From: Rhizonema sp. NSF051
GTDB lineage: Bacteria; Cyanobacteriota; Cyanobacteriia; Cyanobacteriales; Nostocaceae
Length of the DNA: 32,000 nucleotides
Assembly: GCA_029379265.1 (NCBI GenBank)
Contig: JAQYWN010000001.1
Span: 1 to 32,000, forward strand
Direction of reading: 5' to 3'
Shown piece by piece: positions 27,781 through 32,000 of the stretch; the first letter of the stretch is position 1; the number at the start of each line of letters is the position of its first letter. The notes below the pieces were generated by a model. That model saw only the letters and a list, made by a program, of their open reading frames with translations. It made no database searches and was not told where the DNA came from. The translations under genes were made by a program, and so were the position numbers.

Positions 27781-27991
27781 TGATGTAGCTGAAGGATTTT
27801 TTGGCGGCTCGAAGCAGGGGCAAAAACACCGGGGGTCCCGCCAAACTGCTCAGAACCTTGACAAATCAATACTTTACAGGTTTTGATACTCATCAGTTCT
27901 CTCATTGATGAATCCTGGAAATGGACTTTTAAAACCGACCTGCCAAAAAGGGCTGTCTCAAGCCTTCTATGACTGGGTTTCACCAGGCGGA
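27775..27991 (+). promoter_or_regulatory. CRISPR leader 3
   Basis: It is homologous to leader 1 from ATTATAATGATGTAGCTGAA onward. TATAAT at 27777-27782 overlaps the cas2 stop codon at 27778-27780. The inverted repeat pairs TTTGGCGG (27801-27808) with CCGCCAAA (27839-27846). Confidence 0.75.
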
Positions 27992-29064
27992 CTTTCAAAT
28001 CAATGATTCCCGGCAACGGGATTGAAACATTACATCTTGGCAAGGAAACAACTGGCGCGATCCTTCTTTCAAATCAATGATTCCCGGCAACGGGATTGAA
28101 ACCATATCTACCTGACTTTTTTCGCTGATTCGGTCCATTAGCTTTCAAATCAATGATTCCCGGCAACGGGATTGAAACGCGGATAATCTGAAGGTTTGAG
28201 AGTTCCCAAAGCTTTCAAATCAATGATTCCCGGCAACGGGATTGAAACTTTGCTCCAGTATTTATAAGCTCAATGCTTGTAATCTTTCAAATCAATGATT
28301 CCCGGCAACGGGATTGAAACCACTTGACTTTTTCTGACTTCCATTAGCACAACCCATAACTTTCAAATCAATGATTCCCGGCAACGGGATTGAAACTCGA
28401 CTAAGAACAATGTCCCTAGAGAAAGCTCTAACTCTTTCAAATCAATGATTCCCGGCAACGGGATTGAAACTAAACAATTCGACATGTAGCATAATGACCT
28501 ATCAAAAACTTTCAAATCAATGATTCCCGGCAACGGGATTGAAACCAATTGAGATAATTCATTTTATTCAGGTGACGCTGCCCTTTCAAATCAATGATTC
28601 CCGGCAACGGGATTGAAACTAACATAGATATACATTGATTTTTCTGAAAAACTTTCAAATCAATGATTCCCGGCAACGGGATTGAAACTCGTCTCGTACC
28701 AAGCAATAGTGTTTGTATGGCTTGCTTTCAAATCAATGATTCCCGGCAACGGGATTGAAACCCAACAAGAATACAGCCAACTCCTGTTCCGCAAAGTCCA
28801 GCTTTCAAATCAATGATTCCCGGCAACGGGATTGAAACTTAGGGAAGGGAGGACGTCAATTTGGAGAAAGCATTCTTCTTTCAAATCAATGATTCCCGGC
28901 AACGGGATTGAAACCCTCAGCGCTAGAGTCCAGTGGACTACAAGCGATCGCCGCTTTCAAATCAATGATTCCCGGCAACGGGATTGAAACTGCTTTTTAA
29001 ACATTTTTGAGAAAGCGTCTTTAAGACCTTTCAAATCAATGATTCCCGGCAACGGGATTGAATC
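27992..29064 (+). CRISPR. CRISPR array 3: 15 repeats, 14 spacers of 32-40 nt; the main cas-adjacent array
   Basis: The repeat is CTTTCAAATCAATGATTCCCGGCAACGGGATTGAAAC (37 nt), first at 27992-28028. The terminal repeat at 29028-29064 is degenerate (GAATC instead of GAAAC). The repeat contains a small hairpin, TCCCG-GCAA-CGGGA. Confidence 0.97.
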
Positions 29065-29089
29065 GGTGCGCGGTAACTAAACAGCCGAC

Positions 29090-29201
29090 TTGTTCAGAAC
29101 CGACTGGGAATATCTAATCCTGGTAGCCTTACCGGGGGTAGACAATCCCCCAGTGAGTTTAGTTTGTTCAGAACCGACTGGGAATATCTAATCCTGGTAG
29201 C
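29090..29201. repeat. 38-bp direct duplication of the 3' end of the phosphatase gene
   Basis: TTGTTCAGAACCGACTGGGAATATCTAATCCTGGTAGC occurs at 29090-29127 and at 29164-29201. The second copy contains the real stop codon. The 36 bp between them include a GGGGG-N8-CCCCC hairpin. Confidence 0.8.
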
Positions 29202-30829
29202 ACTTGAGTTTTCTGAATCTTAGCTCCCTGTAAATATGCCGGATTAAGACCTAATGCATCCAGTGTCGTCACAGCAATTTGAGTGGTATCAACTTTGTCA
29301 TCTTGAACAGAACCCTTAAGGTTATCTGGTAAAGCATCGCTGTTTACAATCAACCCCACATGAGTATCATCTTCATTCAAACCTCCATGTTCGGCTCTTT
29401 TCACCTTAGATGCAACATTTCCGACGAGAATAAAACCTGGTTTGAGTTTTACAATTATGTCAGGCGTGCGAGTATCCCTTGCAGGATTCCCAAAGCCTGC
29501 CTGCCTTAATTTCGAGCCGGAGAAAATTTCTTCAATTCCCGGATTACAGTTATCTTGTACAGTGCCACCACAAGTCTGACTATTGGCTTTTAGCTTTTCT
29601 AAAGCCCGAACAGCAGCTTTTGTTTGCTCCTGATCTTTCAACCAAAGCAACGACACATCATCCTGAGTTGCTTGAGCAACTTCCACACCCGCCTCTACTT
29701 TTAAGGCATTGGGTATAATTGAATCTTGAACTAAGGTGGATGAGCCGAGACGTGGATTCTGACCATGTTTGGCTGTGACAATCACCAAAGTAGAATTTAG
29801 TAAATTCTTTTGTTTCAACGCATTGACAATTTTACCAACGCTTGCATCAGTGTGGGAAAGAGCATCTGTGAATTCAGAGGATGGAGTTTCAGTACCATTG
29901 GCGAAATCAATGCCGCCTACTTGGGCTTTCTGTGCTACACTGACTGCCTGGAAATTCATCGCAAAAATGGCAGGCACTGGGGCATCTTGTGTCCCTAAAG
30001 AATTCTTACCATTGATTTCATTCACAATTGCTGTGACTTTCAAATCATCGTATGCTTCAGTCAATTTGTAATCGCTGGTGACACCATTAAAGGTGAGAGC
30101 GCTCTTATTCTGAGCAGTTGATTTATCTACTAAGACACCGTTTTCAATCGCTACTAAGGCCGCAATCTCTGGTGAGTAGTAGTCGTCAACAGCATTACCA
30201 TTGGGACCATTTGCAATATCATACGCCCCTGAATGTTTATCGGAAAAAGCTGTGTACAACCCTGCTCCTTTGGCAACGTCAAAAATCGTATTCACCTTGA
30301 CAAAATTGTGGGGATATACAGGTGTGCAGTCTGTATTCGTACACGCTAGGGGTAACTTCTTCGGATCGATACTCCCAACTCCATAATCTCCGCCACCATT
30401 CAGCAGGCTTGAATCCTTGTCGATACTTTCATCCAGCACAACTTCAGTTCCACGAGGATCACTGGCACTACCACCAGGAAAAGTCAGTTGGCGATCATAG
30501 CTGTCATCATAGTAGACTCCTGTTGTCTTGGGACTGGCACCAGTGAGATAGGATAAGGTGCCTGGAAAGGAATCTGAAGGTTCTGAGGTAAAGGCGTTAG
30601 TATAGGTGACGCCTGTTTTTTCCAAGCTTATAATGTTAGGTAGGTTTGACTGAAGTGCGGCATCGGCAATATCTGCGCCATGCAGCCCATCGATAGAGAG
30701 GATTAGTACGTGCTGGTAGCGCGATCGCACCCGGTTTGCAGCACTCGTTGATTGGCTGGCAATTGCCAGAATTGCAGATGCACTACACAACAAAGTTAGG
30801 GCGATCGCCCATTTAGATCTATTGAACAT
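29168..30829 (-). CDS. Secreted alkaline-phosphatase-superfamily protein (nucleotide pyrophosphatase/phosphodiesterase-like)
   Basis: 553 aa with a signal peptide (ALTLLCSASAILAIASQSTSA). The metal-site motif HVLILSIDGLHGADI, FTSEPSDSFPG and later TAKHGQNP/AEHGG are typical of the AlkP/NPP core. Confidence 0.75.
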   Translation of the reverse strand: MFNRSKWAIALTLLCSASAILAIASQSTSAANRVRSRYQHVLILSIDGLHGADIADAALQSNLPNIISLEKTGVTYTNAFTSEPSDSFPGTLSYLTGASPKTTGVYYDDSYDRQLTFPGGSASDPRGTEVVLDESIDKDSSLLNGGGDYGVGSIDPKKLPLACTNTDCTPVYPHNFVKVNTIFDVAKGAGLYTAFSDKHSGAYDIANGPNGNAVDDYYSPEIAALVAIENGVLVDKSTAQNKSALTFNGVTSDYKLTEAYDDLKVTAIVNEINGKNSLGTQDAPVPAIFAMNFQAVSVAQKAQVGGIDFANGTETPSSEFTDALSHTDASVGKIVNALKQKNLLNSTLVIVTAKHGQNPRLGSSTLVQDSIIPNALKVEAGVEVAQATQDDVSLLWLKDQEQTKAAVRALEKLKANSQTCGGTVQDNCNPGIEEIFSGSKLRQAGFGNPARDTRTPDIIVKLKPGFILVGNVASKVKRAEHGGLNEDDTHVGLIVNSDALPDNLKGSVQDDKVDTTQIAVTTLDALGLNPAYLQGAKIQKTQVLPGLDIPSRF

Positions 30830-31104
30830 GATGTTTTTGTTAACGTTAAATTAAGACAGACACAACAAAGTCAATTCATCCGTAGGACTTTTCATTCCAG
30901 GGGTTCAGCAACGTGATTTTCAATCAGTAGTCTGATTTGCTCTACCGTTCACATCAAACCCGTAAAAATACGACAGAATATATCTTTCTTTCGAGTTCAC
31001 TGTAATAATTTAATAGCAATAAGTTAAGGGCAAACTATATTTTGTTTAAGAAGCGGAAAATCTCCAGAGTAGAAAACCGGACAACCCCGATCTCGTAGAA
31101 TTCG

Positions 31105-31516
31105 CTATCCTATTGTCAAAAAACGTACCTCAAGACCTCGCAAGCTGACTACCAAATCTGCATAGCTTATCAATATCTTCTTGGCACTCTTGAGTCCTAA
31201 AATGGTCAAATCTGCATCGATTTGGGTCAAGAGAGAGTTGTAAAGATTGACACCACTGCGCTTGGCTACAGACTTAGTTGACATCTTATGTTCATGGGCG
31301 TTCTGATCAATCCAAGCCAGTTGGGCTATTGCTGCTTCTCTTACAGCTTCTAAACGCTGCTGATCGCGTAGCGTAAAAGCTACGTGCGCGCCTAGCACAC
31401 AGGATATGGTAAGCAGCTTCAAAGTAATCGTTCTCCAGAGCCTCCTGACTCATTGTCATCAGTCGAGAGTAGAAATCGTCATCTTGGCTTGATTTGGACA
31501 TAAGCTTTTTTGGCAC
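31105..31516 (-). pseudogene. Small hypothetical gene apparently split by a frameshift
   Basis: Two overlapping minus-strand ORFs, 31307-31516 and 31105-31422, are offset by one frame. Joined near 31400-31420 they would give one helical protein of about 137 aa (...ENDYFEAAYHIL / LGAHVAFTLRDQQRLEAVREAA...). Confidence 0.35.
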
Positions 31517-31542
31517 CGGACTAAATAATGAGTGCTTTCAGT

Positions 31543-31788
31543 CTAAAGCATTATCTTGGAATCACATTTGCCCACGCCTAAGAATTTAATAGTTGCTTTA
31601 TTCACTATCAAGTCTGTGCTGAGTTCACGCTCTTGTGGGAAGCTCACGATATCCGAAACGTTGCCACTGGTCAATCTATACGCAGGTTTGATTTCTCCCT
31701 CGGAACACAGTGAGAAGGATTCTAAACGGTTCTCGCTACGCGGGATAAAATTGAAGTTTCTATTAATACCTTTCCTTCTGTATCCCAC
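31543..31788 (-). CDS. Hypothetical small protein (GTG start), weak call
   Basis: An 81-aa ORF lies 15 nt downstream of the CrtI-family stop. It has no recognisable motif, and an overlapping plus-strand ORF (31556-31852) is equally unconvincing. Confidence 0.2.
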   Translation of the reverse strand: MGYRRKGINRNFNFIPRSENRLESFSLCSEGEIKPAYRLTSGNVSDIVSFPQERELSTDLIVNKATIKFLGVGKCDSKIML

Positions 31789-31802
31789 AGTATGCCTCGT
31801 GC

Positions 31803-32000
31803 CTATATTTGTAACATCTCCTCCGCGTCCTTTGCTGTGTGTAATCCATTGACGATCGCCAGAGGGATATCAAAATCTTTGGCAATTAGGCGTGCTGTAA
31901 TCTTTGCCGACATCATCACTGCTGGAGTTCCTCCACCCGGCTGTGTATTTGCACCTACCAAATAGAGATTTTTGATATCCTCACTACGATTGTGAGGTCG
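31803..32000 (-). CDS. CrtI-family FAD-dependent oxidoreductase (phytoene desaturase / carotenoid ketolase-like), C-terminal 65 codons; partial at the window edge
   Basis: My own reverse-strand translation gives [43 protein letters not shown]...EEMLQI, with stop TAG at 31803-31805. The motif NLYLVGA.T.PG.G.P is the conserved C-terminal FAD-binding signature of the CrtI family. This ORF is absent from the supplied track because it has no start codon within the window. Confidence 0.7.
   Translation of the reverse strand, partial: RPHNRSEDIKNLYLVGANTQPGGGTPAVMMSAKITARLIAKDFDIPLAIVNGLHTAKDAEEMLQI

Noticed and set aside
14920-29027. Self-targeting spacers, i.e. spacers matching other parts of this window.
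   Set aside because: Reading by eye, I found no spacer matching elsewhere in the 32 kb. This needs a proper genome-wide search and cannot be excluded.
17856-29064. Possibility that this is a type I-D CRISPR-associated transposon (CAST).
   Set aside because: cas3' is present, the Cas10d HD motif (HDYDKH) is intact, cas4-cas1-cas2 adaptation genes are present, and no tnsA/B/C or tniQ-like ORFs occur in the window. It looks like a canonical interference-competent I-D system.
31001-31028. Possible Pho box (CTTAACTT ... ATTAAAT on the minus strand) about 190 bp upstream of the alkaline-phosphatase-family gene.
   Set aside because: Only one good PyTTAAPyPyT unit is present, and the second unit is off the expected 11-bp register. 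This is not enough to call a PhoB site.

Overview
The window looks like chromosomal DNA from a filamentous, probably Nostocales-type, cyanobacterium. Supporting signs are many HIP1 octamers (GCGATCGC, e.g. 1383-1390, 4070-4077, 4531-4538, 5042-5049, 6917-6924), a PEP-CTERM protein, STRR-like short tandem repeats and dispersed hairpin repeats. Positions 1-14600 hold housekeeping and accessory genes: a PIN-toxin remnant, a ThrC-like enzyme paired with a MoaD/ThiS-like sulfur carrier, a secreted tyrosinase, an Ala/Pro/Lys-rich conserved protein, an NDH-2, a 5'-truncated tnpB remnant, an APC-like permease, a GST, a PEP-CTERM protein and a lamin-tail-domain protein. Positions 14660-29070 hold a complete type I-D CRISPR-Cas locus in the order cas3', cas10d (HD domain), csc2/cas7d, csc1/cas5d, cas6, cas4, cas1, cas2. 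It has three CRISPR arrays with near-identical 37-nt repeats, each preceded by a homologous ~215-bp leader. A WYL-domain regulator gene sits between two of the arrays. The 3' end carries a secreted alkaline-phosphatase-family gene, a frameshifted small gene and the C-terminal end of a CrtI-family oxidoreductase. I found no clearly new protein system. The most unusual observations are architectural. (a) The WYL gene is wedged between two convergent arrays and can be read into from one of them. (b) All three leaders share a conserved inverted repeat. (c) Twin perfect 71-bp hairpin elements are inserted between cas7d and cas5d. (d) A likely internal cas11d start lies within cas10d. (e) The ThrC-like/sulfur-carrier pair is separated by a spacer built entirely of inverted 14-bp tandem repeats. 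All functional names rest on motifs read by eye in the ORF translations; no database search was possible.
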